Assembly: GCA_021613535.1 (NCBI GenBank)
Contig: CP075494.1
Location: forward strand, 7,378,001-7,442,000
Source: Adineta vaga
Taxonomy: Eukaryota; Animalia; Rotifera
DNA: 64,000 nt
Direction of reading: 5' to 3'
Shown: positions 25,421-39,566 of the stretch, in pieces
How the letters are laid out: every line of letters starts with the position of its first letter
Numbering within the stretch: position 1 is the stretch's first letter
Position numbers and translations under genes: made by a program
The notes under the pieces: model-generated
Databases searched by the model: none
Seen by the model: only the letters and a program-made list of their open reading frames with translations
What the model was told of the DNA's origin: nothing

Positions 25421-27300
25421 ATGGAAACAGCGAATAAAGAAGATCCATTTCTTTCACATTTTGAAACATTAATTGAAGAAGCACAAATCAATAAAAAGTC
25501 ACCAAAAACAACCATAGAACTATCGTCTGCATCACTTGGTTCTTGTCAATTTTCATCGACTTCCGCAGATAAATCTCCTGTTCTTCCATGTCCAGTATCT
25601 ACTGTTGATTCATTTGCAATAAAAAAATCTCTCTTGTCAAATATTGAAAACTCAGGTAGTCAATTAACACCATTACAATTAGATTTCTTTTCATTAATTC
25701 ATAACTACTATGATGTTTACTATCCCAATCGAACGAACACAAATGATGTTGGTGAACAATTACGATTTGTTATTTGTTTACATTTAATCAATCATGTTTT
25801 AAAAACTCGTTCACATATATTATCTCATAATGCTAAATTAAAAGAAAATCCTGATCTTAATTATCATGACCAAGGTTTTACTCGACCAAAAGTACTTATT
25901 ATTGTTCCATTTCGTGAAAGTGTACGACGAATAATAAATTGTTTTGAAAATCTTCTTCTCACAAATGACGATAGTGAAAAAAATGATCAATTACAAATTA
26001 GTCATCGAAAACGATTTAAAGAAGAATATGGTGGTGGTGAAATGGATACACCAAATAATGATGGTAAATTTCAACGAACATCCGATGAATATAATGAAAT
26101 ATTTGCTGGAAATATTGATGATCATTTTCGATTAGGTAAGAATGCGATTTATTCAATAAAATATGAGTTTCTATATGTTGTTATACTTAAGGTATATCTG
26201 TAACAAAGAAATCATTGAAATTTTTTCAATCCGTCTATAAATCTGATTTTCTTATTGTTTCACCAGTTGGTCTGCGAACATTACTTGAAAAACGTCGTCA
26301 AAAACGGAAACATAATCAATCGTCTGATAATTCAGAATCAGATGATGATGATAATGGTCATGAACAAAAATCTTCAGCGGATCAATCTGCAACAATTGCT
26401 GATTTTCTATCGTCTATTGAATGTGTTTATATCGATCAATTAGATATATTATCCATGCAAAATCTTGATCATTTATTCTATATCTTAGAAAATCTTAATT
26501 CAATTCCACAAGAAGCAACATCATCAACAGATTTTTCTCGCATACGTCATTGGTCATTAAATGGTTGGGCACATTTCTATCGTCAATTAATTGTTCTTTC
26601 ATCATTTACTAGTCCATTATTTCTTAGTTTATTTCATCGTTTTGCAACTAACTATGCTGGTAAATGTTTAATTCAACCATATTTTCCGTTAAATGGATAT
26701 ATACGTCCATTATCAACATTTAATCAATTATTTCAACGTATTCCTGTTTGTGATCCAACTTTAAGATTTAATTATTTCATTGAACATGTTCTTCCACGTT
26801 TTGATACATCCACCTATGATCATACATTAATTTATCTTTCATCCTATTTTGATTTTGTTCGTTTAAGAAATTATATGCGTACAGAAAAACATAAACAATT
26901 CAATTATTTAACCTTAAGTGAATATTCAACGAAGAAACAAGTTCTTCTTGCAAGAAATATTTTCTACCATCGTGAAGTTCGATTCTTATTAATGACGGAA
27001 CGATTTCATTTCTACCATCGATATAAAATTAAAGGTATTCGACATATTCTATTCTATGATTTACCATCCTATGGACATTTCTATCCTGAAATTGTACATT
27101 TTCTAACATTACCACATGTGGAAGAAAAAAAGAAAACAACATTAACAACAACAAGAAACCATCAAGCTGATGAACCAAGTACATGTACAGCATTATATGC
27201 AAAAGAAGATGCACTGAAATTAGCATATATATTAGGACAACAAGCTGTCACTGATTTGTTAAGTTCAGACAAAAATATACATTTGTTTACGAATAAATAA
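25421..27300 (+). CDS. UTP25: U3 snoRNA-associated protein 25 (DIEXF/Def), 2 exons: 25421-26135 and 26192-27300
   Basis: DPF..H, HLINHVLKTR, DQGFTRPKVLIIVPFR, FAGNIDDHFRLGI, SPVGLR, DFLSSIE, MQN.DH, DFSRIR.W, SYFDFVRLRNY, TERFHFYHRYKIKGI. Confidence 0.95.
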
Positions 27301-27947
27301 AAGATCAAGAATTACATAAAAGAAATAAAGAATAAACATTTGTTTCTGCCAATATCACAAGTCGGTTGTTCTCTAAGTCTTCGATGTGTGTTCAACAAAC
27401 CGAACTATAAGATATGGCATAACTCCGCCGTTATGTCCAGCTCCTGATTTGTAGTATTGTTGATCTATAATCATAAAAAAGATGGTTTATAATATTGTAC
27501 ACGGCAGTCTGAGAACTTCATATATTTTATTTTGGCACAAAGAAATTGTTGTTGTTCGGAAACATGGAAAAACTAACGTTTGGACTCTCTACAGCAGTGC
27601 ATTTTGTTATACAATATTGTTTCCTCACTATAATGAGTGATACTGCTAATTCAGTACTTTTGTAGAGATAAACAGAGTTCATCTGCATGCGCGTAGTTAC
27701 ATATATTCTCTATTGAAGAGTTTTCTCTCTGATCCAAAGAACCAAAACAAATATTAATTATAACTTTCTGTTTAAAATGTTTGACGTTTTTTTTCTTTAA
27801 ATATTTGAAGATGAGGATGGCGTGAACGTAATGAATGTTGTGCAATTTGTTCAGTACGCTCAACGTATGTAAAGGCTTTGGAACATACCCAGATCGAATG
27901 ATGCGGTCCGTTCTGAATCCATACAGTAACCTTTTGTCATGGTTTAC

Positions 27948-29200
27948 TCAGAATATTGAGGAGACAGTTTTTTCATAGAATCGAATTGCCTCTTGATATT
28001 TTCCTTGACGGTTTTTAATCGAACCGAGTTGATGATATTTTGTTGCTTTTTCGCTTTCCATTGTCGTTTGAGCAAGAAGCATTTCATAAATCTCTTCAAC
28101 CTGGTTATTTTGACCCATGTCTTTTAGTACTAAACTCAATCTGTATCATCCCTCTTTGTATAAAAAACTCACCTCTCATGTGTGATCAGTTAGTGTATTT
28201 AATCCTATATCATTATCACTGGTAAGTGTTAGGCTTACTTCGAAGGGTTCGTTATTTTCACTCATTTGTTTCATACGGTGAATTTGAAAGACAATGTGCA
28301 TTGAAAAAAGCACTAAGAATTCGAATTATAGCAAATACTGTTGTTGATTGTTTTATTAGATCAATTGCCATCTCGAACAAAATTATCACCAAATCTGGAT
28401 TACTTCTATTTTCCTTTGCAGAACGAAGTGACACATCTTTATCCTTGTTGATGGACAAAAAAGTATTAAATGATATTAGTCCACTTTTAGTTTGCTTCAG
28501 TTGTTCGACATCTACGATTGATAAAGAGGATCTTTCGTATCATAATAGCATCATTTATTTCTCTTAATGCACAATTGAGCATGCCGTTTTAAAAACCATG
28601 ATAAATCTACCACCATATATTGGTTCTTTCTGATGATATTCGTGCTCCAACAGTTTCACATTTTCTAATTCTTGACTATTGTTGACGAAAATTTCACGAC
28701 AGTAGTTCACAAAATCTTGAATGCATGTATAATCAAATTTGTTGGACAATAAAATTTCTTTTAAGATTTATATATACATAAAAGAAGGATCTAGTTAATC
28801 CACCTTTCTATCAGATGCCACAAAAATGATGGAAACAGCATTTTGTTCATATTTTTGTGCTGCTTGTTTGACAACTTCACAGATAGATTTGATTTGCGAG
28901 AAGGCTCCTTTGATCTTTGATTGTTTCGATGAATTGAATGCATTGGTCACCATCTATATGGGTATTGAGGTCGATGACAACGCGCCGAAGTTGTGCCATT
29001 GTATTTCGACAATTTTTAATATTATCATTGATGTTATCATCTAACTAGATGAGCAAAATACTTTGGATTCGTTGAGTGTTAAGACACGACGTTCACATGT
29101 TTCTTTTGATGCTTCATTTATTTGCTGAATTGTTTTAGCACTTGTTAATTTGTTCTTATGTATAGTGTTAATATAGTGAATTTCATTTGCTTGAAATGTT
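27948..29200 (-). pseudogene. Decayed bdelloid-type ADP-ribosyltransferase + TPR gene
   Basis: Collinear fragments in shifting frames with stops: KSICEVVKQAAQKYEQNAVSI, LDPSFMY...KEILL...FVNYCRE..ELENVKLLEHEYHQKEPI, GLISFNTFLSINKDKDVS...VIILFEMAID, and the TPR YHQLGSIKNRQGKYQEAIRFYEK. Confidence 0.8.
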
Positions 29201-30559
29201 ACCAGTAATTGGCGAGTGAAAATTTGTTTATTGTATAGGTCTCTATTGTTTTCATAGATGTTCTTTTTTGTTTATTTTAAGAAAAAGATTCTTCTAGAAT
29301 GTTTTTAATTGCTTGCATCTTCATCATTGATACTTTTGTTCGAGAATCGAAAGTTGGAAAAAATATTCATAATTCGCATCGATTCATAATTTTAATAAGA
29401 ATTATGAGATTAAAATTGGATCCATCATCGTAGTTATTTATTTTTGTTTGAATAAGATTAGTTCATTGGAAGAGAGAGAGAGAATAAACTGACAGTGAAG
29501 ATGATGTGTCTACAAAAATTGCACATTTACCATGAATAATAAGTGTTATCATCTTTTGTTCTTGTTCAAAAAACATTTAGATATAAAAATAAACAGTTAA
29601 AGTTCCTTCACATCTTCCTTTAAAAAGAAAATCTTGTTTTTTTTATTCACTTTTAACAGTAAACGAAAGAAGGTATTTGGTTACTGATCGTATATCAAAA
29701 GTATTTGTCACGATATTGAGAGAGTATAAGAGAAAAGATGTTTCTTTTTCATCAGTAATCGGATTTTTCACCCGTTGTAGGATACACACTATAAATCGTA
29801 GACGTCATCAGGTATACTCATTGAGTAAAAACAGTTTTGATGTGATGACAATCGATACATGATATGAAATATGGTGGAAAATATATCTTCACTACATCTC
29901 TGTTCTTTGTACATATAAAATCTTTCTGCAAACGAAGTTCCTCGAGTTAATAAGAAGGTTAACAGTATAGGTTTGTTTGATTTCTTCAGAAAGTGTATGT
30001 GACAAAGAATGTTGCGAGATTATGATGAAAAGAATTCGACTTATTGAGTAAGAGGTAAAAATGTATTTCTTTGAAGCAAGAACAATATTAATCGAAAGAT
30101 TAATCATGTATCCTTCTAATGATGAGTTATTTCTTTGACATATTTTAATTTTTTTCTCTCTATATATATACATATATCCTTGGATCAATAAATATGAAGC
30201 GTATTTTATTGAAATGTCTAATCATCATCGATTTTTCTCTATAACTGTGTTTTCAAATCAATCAAGGTCTACTGCTTGATTCTATTTTTAACAAAGAATT
30301 AACTATTAAACAACGCCATCTATGCCTATAACTGTGTCATTCGACTTTATTGAAGACGAAGAAGATCTTGTTTGTCTCCTTTCTTTTTTCGTTTCGTTTC
30401 GTTATCTTTTCACGTTTGTTTTTGTTTTTCCAATCAACATTTATCATCAGTCGTTCGAAAAAAGACTTTTTTCTTTTCTTCTTTTGTATGAATAGCTCCT
30501 ACTTTCATTATCTCGGCAGTTAAAATAGTTTCCTTTTATTATTCTTATTCAAAATAAAG

Positions 30560-33500
30560 ATGTCATCGTCCAACAATGAGATTTCTCCTCGTCAAACAAA
30601 TAATCGACGTCCACTTGTGTCTCATTTGATTTTACCAACAAATTCAGAGATTTCTTCGAAATCAGCACCACCTGTTGTAACAGTATCGAAATTTTTTAAT
30701 CCTAATCCAGAGAATCAACTTGTTCCAGATCTTCTGGATATATTCAACATACCAGAAGATAATGCAACAAATTTTTCATGTCGAAATTCGCCAAGTAGTG
30801 ATAATCTAATTGATGTAAGCAATCCTAATGATTTATCGTTTTTTGATATATTCGATCCATTGAAACAAACAGCATCAGTGACATCAAATATTGCTCAAGT
30901 GAGCACTTCTGCACTGTTACCTTCTTCATCATATCCATATCCAATTAAATTACGATTAAAACTAACATCATGTATTGAAATGAAACCATTCAATCAACTT
31001 GTCGAACAGATTCGCAATGAATGTCAAACTAAACAGGTAAACGAATTGTTTGTCGATAGAAAGACATCAACTTTCTCTGAAATTTAGACTTCCATCGACG
31101 ATATCTGTTATTGTAAACACATTCAACGTTTAACTTCTCAACATATCGAACAAACTCAACAATCTGTTACCCTTCATATTTTCAATTCTGACGCTAAAGA
31201 ACCGCTCCGTCTAACCAACATAAATTTACAGTCAACAGTTGATGATATTTTACGCCAATTACTAGAAATGATTTCGTTTGATGTTGATCAATCGATACTT
31301 AAATTACGTTCCTATGAAGAATATTTACATAATGATGATGTTTTATCGAATATTGAATATGTGTACAATTGTCTTCATTCTCTAAAACCAATTCAATTTG
31401 TACTTGTTCAAAAACCAGTTTCAATAACTAAACAACAAAATCAAATTAGTTTCGAACAATTCTGTTTAAATCAACAAGAGAAATATTTTCAAACGATGAA
31501 ACAAACCAAGTAAACTGATAGTTTTCTAATTATCTTTATTGTTCTTGTCGTTTAGACCATTGAAATCATTGAATAAAACTAAACAATCAATATCTTCATA
31601 TCCAACACGTTCATTCGATTCACAATGGTTAGAAGAATTTCGACAAAAGATTAATCGAACACTGGAACAAATTGAACAATGTATCAATCGTTTGATTGAT
31701 CCAAATTCCATGATAGTCTCAATCGAAGAACAAATCAAATCGATTCAAGAATTAATAAACTATATGAAAGGAATTCAATTAACATGTTCAGATATTCAAT
31801 CATCAAAGATTCTTGAAAAACATAAGGAATTGAGAAATTATAATATTGAATTAATGAAACATTCTTCTAGTGGAAAGAAAGAACATCTATCTCGATTGCT
31901 ATTTGATCTACTTTCTACGCTTAAGGAATATATTCAAACATATTGTCAAGCATTTTTATTACCGTATGAAGTAGAAATTTACAATAATGGGAATCAAACA
32001 ATTGACATTGAACAATATACATCTCCGGTAAACTATCAAAGTATAATTTTTAATAGACGTTTGTTTTTGTTTTCTAATTAGTTGATCACATCGATACCAT
32101 CGACTACATGTTCAATTACAGAATTATCTGATGTATTTACTGTTCATATCGATAGTCTTTTTTCGTTGCCATCAAATGTGAAAACAGTTCGTGTGATAGC
32201 TCGTCTTTGTTATGGTAATACAACACGAGTAAAACAAATGACACGTTTAATGTCATTCGTACGGAATACTTCACAAGAAAATTTCTCACAAGTTCGTTTT
32301 GATCAACGTCTTTCTTTTAATGATGCATACCTATGTGAATTACAACGTGAAACATTGATTTTATTTGAAATTTATGCAAGTTTTATTGATGAAAATGATT
32401 CATCGTTAGTTTCTGAAGTATTCGATGGAATATCAATGCGTTTGATTGGTTGGTGTTCACAAACATTATTCGATTCGGAACATCGTCTTATTACTGGTGA
32501 ACGATATCTCGGTGTTATTGATAGTACAATTGCAAATCGAACCGGTTTTTATTCATTAAGAAACGTATCGGATCGTGATTGTTCAATATTAACTGTATCG
32601 TTTGATAATCAACTAGTTTTTTGGCCCGATGTACAAGCAAGAAAGGATATGAAAGTAAAAAATATCACAGAAATAAGTCAAGAAAAACAAGAAGAACTTT
32701 ATCAATTACTCGATCGCAGTGTATTATTAACAAATGAATCATTTGTAGAGAATCGAAAACAACCACAATTATCTGCGAATGTTTTCGATGAAGGTTCGTA
32801 GATACGATTTTGCTTTCCTTTATACTCATAGATTTCTGTTTCTAGCTGCCTATATCCGAAATTTAGCACGTGAGTATTCTGATGATGAACGTTATGAACT
32901 CTGGTCTCATCGTCATTATCTGATACATAGACCATATGCTTTGCCAAAACTCCTCAAATCTCGTAATGTTTGGGATTATCCCAGTTTAATTGATATGTAT
33001 GGTCTTGTTAATGAAATCATTCATCAGCGTACTATCGATGAAATTGAATCATTCGAACTTCTTCTACCTTCTTTTCCCGACATGTATATACGTTCATGTG
33101 CGTATCGATCATTAATATCCCAAATAAGTTCCTATGATCTTATATTCTATCTTCCACAACTTTTACAAATTATTAAATTTGATTATGATTATTCTTCGCC
33201 GATTATTGAATATCTTCTTAAACAATGTCAACAAAATTATCGTCTTGCACACAAATTCTCTTGGTATCTACGACAATTAGTTTTAACAGAAAATATTCAT
33301 TGCATCCGGTATTATTATATATTTCTCGCATTATTATATGTGATGAATGATGATTTCCGTATAGAATTACAAAATGAATATGATTTATGTGTAAATTTGA
33401 ACAGAATTGGTTCCGAAATTAAAACAAATAAATTTAATCGTGGATATTATCTATCTGAACAATTGAAAGAATTAAATAAAGATTTCTTTCAATCAGGTCA

Positions 33501-35642
33501 ACGATCATGTCGTTTACCATGTCAATTTAGTTTTAAAACAAATAATATTGATTCAGATGTTTGTTCAATATTTACTTCTTTAACATTACCAATGAGGATT
33601 GTATTTAATTCAAGTAGTTTACCTTTAGAAAAATATCAAGCATTGTACAAAATCGGTGATGATTTACGTGTAAGTTTTGTATTGGATTTGAAAAGATAAA
33701 CAAAATTGTTTCTAATCTTTGTAGCAAGATCAAATTGTTCTACAATTATTAACATGTATGGACAAAATCTGGCAAGCGAATAATTTTGATTTTCATTTAA
33801 GTCTATTCAATGTTGTACAAACTCAAGAATGTTGTGGTTTTATTGAAATGATTACAGATAGTGAAACATTATTAGACATAGAAAAACCTTTGGGTACACT
33901 TAAAGGTTCATTTGGTGAATCGGCATTGTACGATTGGCTACGTAAACATAATGCAACTGAGCGAGATCTTCAAATTGCCATTGATAATCTGACTTATTCA
34001 TGTGCAGGTTATTGTGTTGCGACATATATATTAGGTATTGGTGATCGTCATAATGAAAATATTATGGTGAAGAAATCAGGACATTTATTTCATATTGATT
34101 TTGGAAAATATCTTGGAGATACACAAAAATTTGGTTGGTTTAATCGGTGAGTATTCTAATGTATGATTTTTATCATCTTTAGATTGATCGTTTCTTTAGT
34201 GATCGTGCACCCTTCGTCTTTACGAAACAAATGTTATATGCCATGTCTTATGGTGGTACATCGAATGATGCTATGCATCAATTTATTGATTTATGTTGTG
34301 ATGCATTCACCACATTACGTCAACATTCAACTCTACTTCTACTTCTTCTTTCTCATCTTTGTTCATCAAATGTACCGAATTTGAATTATGATGCTGTTCG
34401 TTTTGTTTACGAACGTTTAGTCCCATCGAAAAATTATGCGGATAGTATTACATATTTCACTGATCTTGTAGTGAATAGTCTCAATTCAACATGGACAAGA
34501 TTGAATGGTTTTATACATAAAATGGCACAACCATTGAGTTCAACGAATTCCATACCGAATGGAAACATAACATCGTTTGTTCCAAGTACATATACAATTA
34601 CTCATGATGGTAAAATTCGATCGGCTCAAATTATTGATTTTGAAAAACGAACTGAACCATCCAAACATTATTTATATAAATTTAAAGTTGAACGTTCAAG
34701 AATTACATATCATTACCGTACATATAATGAATTTTATGAATTTTATGAATGTTTAGTTAAACAGTATCCATCAATTAGTTTTGATTTGAAATCTTCACAA
34801 CAAACAGAGACGAGAATGATTGCACAAAAACGTCTAAATGATATCGATGAATTTCTAAAACATTTATTCGGTTTAACTAATGAAATTATTGAAGTAAATT
34901 ACAAAAAGAAAAAAAATGAAGATAGATTCGAGCTTTCTATTCCTCTTGATTTAGTCTGATATTGTTTCCACATTTTTTCAAACAATTCAACGTGATCAGC
35001 AATTAAATGATCCGAAAGATGGTAAATCGTTTATCTATTTCGATGATTTTTCATTCGCCTTCTTTCAAATAAGATCGTACTTCAAATGATCCATTGGGAA
35101 ATAATCAACCAAAAATTCGTTTACGATTGAAATATGATAATAAAAAACTGTTCGTTATGGTCCGACATGCTAGTAATTTGGTAGGATTATCGCTATCCTA
35201 TTATTTAAAACATGCAAACTTTTCTCTTTTGAATTAGCCATTACCAAATGGAAATGAACCGAGACCTTATTGTAAATGTTATCTATTTCCCGATGAATCC
35301 AAATCGACAAAACGAAAAGGAACTATAATGAATTCACGAAATCCAATATTTAATGAAACAGTACGAATCATATTTTAGTCTTTAATTTTATTTACCTTAT
35401 TTTCTCGTTTAGTTTACTTATGAAATGGATTTAACCGAGATTCAAAAGTATACAAATCTACATTATTCTCTCACATATATTTCTATTGGTTTTTCTTTAG
35501 ACGAGTGTTACGTGTAAGCGTTTGGAATAGTACATTAAATATGACTAAATATGTCCTAGGTGAAGTGAATATAGTTTTATCTCAAATTGATTGGTCAAAA
35601 GAAAATGCAAGCAATTATACATTAACAATACTTAATATTTAA
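30560..35642 (+). CDS. PIK3C2A: Class II phosphoinositide 3-kinase (RBD, C2, helical, kinase, PX, C2), multi-exon
   Basis: YLPQLLQ, KIGDDLRQD, SCAGYCVATYILGIGDRHNENIM, HIDFGKYLG, RDRAPFVFT, PX (FEKRTEPSKHYLY..YRTYNEFYEF) and C-terminal C2 (LFVMVRHASNL..PYCKCYLFPD..KSTKRK). Stop at 35640-35642. The paralogue name is nominal. Confidence 0.95.
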
Positions 35643-35743
35643 ATTTTAGTGATAAAAAATTATTTTTAAAATCCATTTATTTTATTTTGTATGAAGAAAT
35701 GAAATTGAGAAAAATAGAAATGTATTTTGTTTTCAGATATATC

Positions 35744-38700
35744 ATGTCATCCAATAGATATACACATAAAACAGCCGATGTACTTAGTTTACGTTTTAAT
35801 CAAGATTCAAGTAAGTTTTAATTGAGATTATCTGATCTTCCAATAAGGATAAATAGGTTGTTTTATTTGTGCGACATGTGATGGTATTCGTGTTTTTAAT
35901 GTTGAACCGTTAGCTCAAAAATGTTATCTTGGTAATGAATACTGTGGATAGAAAGTTCAATTTTGAATCAGATTTTATTCAGATGTTGGACACGTAATCT
36001 ATGCCGAAATGCTCGATCGAACGAATTTAATTGCTTATGTTCCAGCAGATTATGTCACAGGTTTAGCATCGAATGTTGGTAGGAGAAAAAGACATTTTCT
36101 CAGAGTTTATTTTTCATCAGTAAAATAAGAATATTTTAGTGAACGTTTATGATGATCAATGTAAAACACATGTACTTGAACTTTGTTTTAATACATCAGT
36201 AATGTCTATAAGAATGTCACGAACAAGGTCCGAATGATTTCTTTCTTAATTGAATTAAGATGTTCTTTTCTCGTCTGTAGACTTTTAGTTGTACTTATGA
36301 ATAAAATTCATATCTTTTCTTTTCCAAATCAATGTCGACTTTTACATACAATTGAAACCAAAGACAATCCAAAAGGTATGCGCAAATAAAATGTATAATC
36401 ATATTTACATTTATCGTATTAGGTCTATGTGAATTATCGAATAATGATGGATCACTTATTGCCTTTCCTTATAATACAAAATCAAAAGGTGGTTTTATTC
36501 AATTATTAGTAAGTAGAGTAATACCTCTCATAAGCGTTTCTTATTCTTATTTGAAGTTGATTGATTGATTGATTGATTGACAAGAGTACACTTTTTTTGT
36601 ATCATAACGCGTGTGCATACTGACTTTTAATATATGTATGTATGCAGAGGTGTCATATAGCGTGCGCATACTTTTTAATGCTAATATTCATTGAAAAAGA
36701 ATGGTCATAGAAAGAGAGGTGGAAGATTTTTCTTCTATTCGGTACGATAATGACCGCATCAAATAACTTGCACTTGATTCTGTATACTTTAGTGATTAGT
36801 GAAAAAGAATGAATTAAATTCGTTCTTTTCTTGCACATTATGATTATCAATTAGTTGACATCGTCTATTCATAATATGCGTGTCATCTTTCTGTCTTCAT
36901 ACTAATGACAAAATACAGCAGGTAGCTGAGAAAGAAAGAAGGTAACCAGATGCGCAACGGATGAAATAACATAATTAGCAAAATGATTATATGTTATTGG
37001 AAACATCCGAGATGATCATTAGCGCATCACTGCTTTTCTTAAGTTAAAAAAAATTGCTTTTTTCTTCATTATTGTACCATATACTAATTCACTATGCACT
37101 TTTTTTCATCAAAGAGAAAAATGAACATTGTGGCAATGCGTTTCTTCTTTATTAACAGACTAGAAACAACAATGAATGAGAGAGAGAGAGATAGAGAGCG
37201 AAAGAGATTCGTTTTTTTGTACGATAATTAATGATGAATATATGAAGGATTATTTGATGGTATTGGTTGATTTGTTGATGAAGACGTCGTTGCGAATAAT
37301 CCGTGAGAGTATACTGATCCAGCAGCAAAATATGCAGCTTGATTGAGCAATGATGTCTGAAGATCTTGTCTATTAATTAAAAAAAAACAATTGACATTTT
37401 TCAAATGATAAAAGTGCAAAGTGGTGAGGTTGTAAATGTGTCATGACTACTAGGATATGAACATAAGATGGATAATGTTCAGGATAAGTGGCAATTTTTT
37501 TTCTCTCTACGAAAGGGCATAACTTACGTTCGCGGTGTACGATCTCTTTGTCGTCGATTTTTAAACCAATTACTAACTTGTGTTAATGTTAGACCTGTTT
37601 TTTTTGCTAATAAACGTTTTTCATCTGGTGTTGGGTAACGATTTTGTCGATAACATTCTTTTAATGCTTGACGAGATTTTTCTTTAAAACAATAGATTGT
37701 TTCTTCACCATCCCAAATCGATTTGGGTAGAGGATATTTTCTTCGTATACGATATTTATCAACAGCTCCTAATGGTCTTCCACGAATTTTTTGTGCTTCC
37801 ATGTAATGTGCTTTGTACCAAAGCTGTTGTAATTCGGGATGATGATGATTATCAAATGAATGCGTTTCTAATAAACAATATAATTCACGAAATTTTGATT
37901 GATGATAATAGATTATTGCACGTGCTTTTAAAATACTATCATGTTGATGAATTAATACGGCATCAGGTGATGAAGATTTCACTGGTAATAATTGAAGAAG
38001 TTTGATTAATTTATCAATTTTACCACTTTGTTGAATAGCTTCGCAAACGCATGCTAAATGATCGATGGTTAATGTAAGCGTTTGTTCAATGTTATTTGTA
38101 TTTGGCAATTTAAGTATTATTGGATTTTGTATGAGAGGAACATTGGTTGTTGATGGTGTTAAATCGGAATTCGATGAATCATCATTTTCAATTTTTGTTG
38201 AAATATTCGATTGAGATATATAATGATTAGGATAATACGTTGGATAGAGATTCGATGATGTTGCAGAAAAATTGTGATTGTGATGATGATGATAATCGTA
38301 TGTTGAATGGTGATAAGAAGAACTTGTTGTACTCGATTTCATCATATTTAGAGAGATCTGAGATGGTGATATATAGACTGATATTCTCGCCTTTCACGCA
38401 CTCGAGTAATATGATCAAATGTATTGTATACTTTCTCTCTTTCGTTGATAAAACGAGAAAGAAAAATAATGATTGGTCAAAAAAGCTTATTGGTTGAAGA
38501 GAAGAATAACGAGAAAAAAAAATGATATTGTTCTGACGACAGGTTTTTTTTTCTTCTTCTCTCCTCTTCCTCTTTCGCTATAATGAATGATTAAGTATGT
38601 TCTCGTCTGAGATGAAAGAGAACTTGTAATTTTCCACTTCGAATCGACTATTTTGTAGTTGAAAAAATTTCAAAGTTATGGGAAAATTGGAGTATGCGTA

Positions 38701-39566
38701 TGGTCATAGATGAAGTGCATAGATTTTCTTTTTTTGTTAACGAGATCAAATTCTAATTTGACAAGTATTCATGTTCAGCATTTTAAAACAGAAAATTTCA
38801 TAATCAATTCTATTCAGATAATAAGAATCTGTTAAGACGTTGTGTTTAATCTTGCTAGTTGATACTCTCTCATTTTATATTCAATTATATAGATATTCGA
38901 TCTAAGATGAAAATTAAGGCAATGCAGTTTAATTTTGTTTCTAATTAAAAAGATATTCTCTATTTTTATATATTAGAATATGAATGGATTCGATAATGAG
39001 ATGTCCTACAATCCACGTATTATTCAAGCTCATACAAATGAATTAGCTGAAATTGCACTTAGTTTTACTGGTAATCTCATAGCAACTGCTTCCAAACGAG
39101 TATATAAATATATATCTAATTAAATTAATAAAAGATTGCTATTATGGGTTATTTTAAATAGGGTACTCTAATACGAATCTTTCTAACAACAGGTTTATGT
39201 GAAAAAATTGTCGAATTTCGACGTGGTTCCGATACAGCTGATATTTATAGTATTGCCTTTAGTTTTGATTCAAGTTTTCTATGTGTATCCAGTGATAAAG
39301 GTACAATGCATATCTATGGTATTCGTGATCCAAAATCCAATCGAATGGTTGCTTTACCACATGCTTTAAATGATGCATTCGGAGATTTATGTAATTTTAA
39401 AGTTGATAATGAATGGGCATGCATTTGTGCATTTTCTGATCCAAATCATGTGGTTACTGCAAGTATAAATGGAACATTTCATAAACATATATTTACATCC
39501 GACGGTAAATGTAATCGTGAAGAATATGAACTTTATTTAGATGGCATTGATGGATGTGATTTTTGA
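35744..39566 (+). CDS. WDR45: WD-repeat PROPPIN, WIPI4/WDR45-like, 8 exons with a 2468-nt intron (36509-38976)
   Basis: [99 protein letters not shown]. Confidence 0.92.
37228..38345 (-). CDS. SIX4: SIX-class homeobox protein, Six4/5 subfamily, nested antisense in the WDR45 intron (exons 38345-37528 and 37369-37228)
   Basis: SIX domain ([12 protein letters not shown]..., [32 protein letters not shown]) and homeodomain [43 protein letters not shown]. The ETIY tetrapeptide matches the Six4/5 type (ETVY). Confidence 0.95.

Noticed and set aside
27651-27940. Slightly GC-richer patch with short ORFs beside the ART-TPR relic
   Set aside because: Could be another gene remnant, but no family could be recognised.
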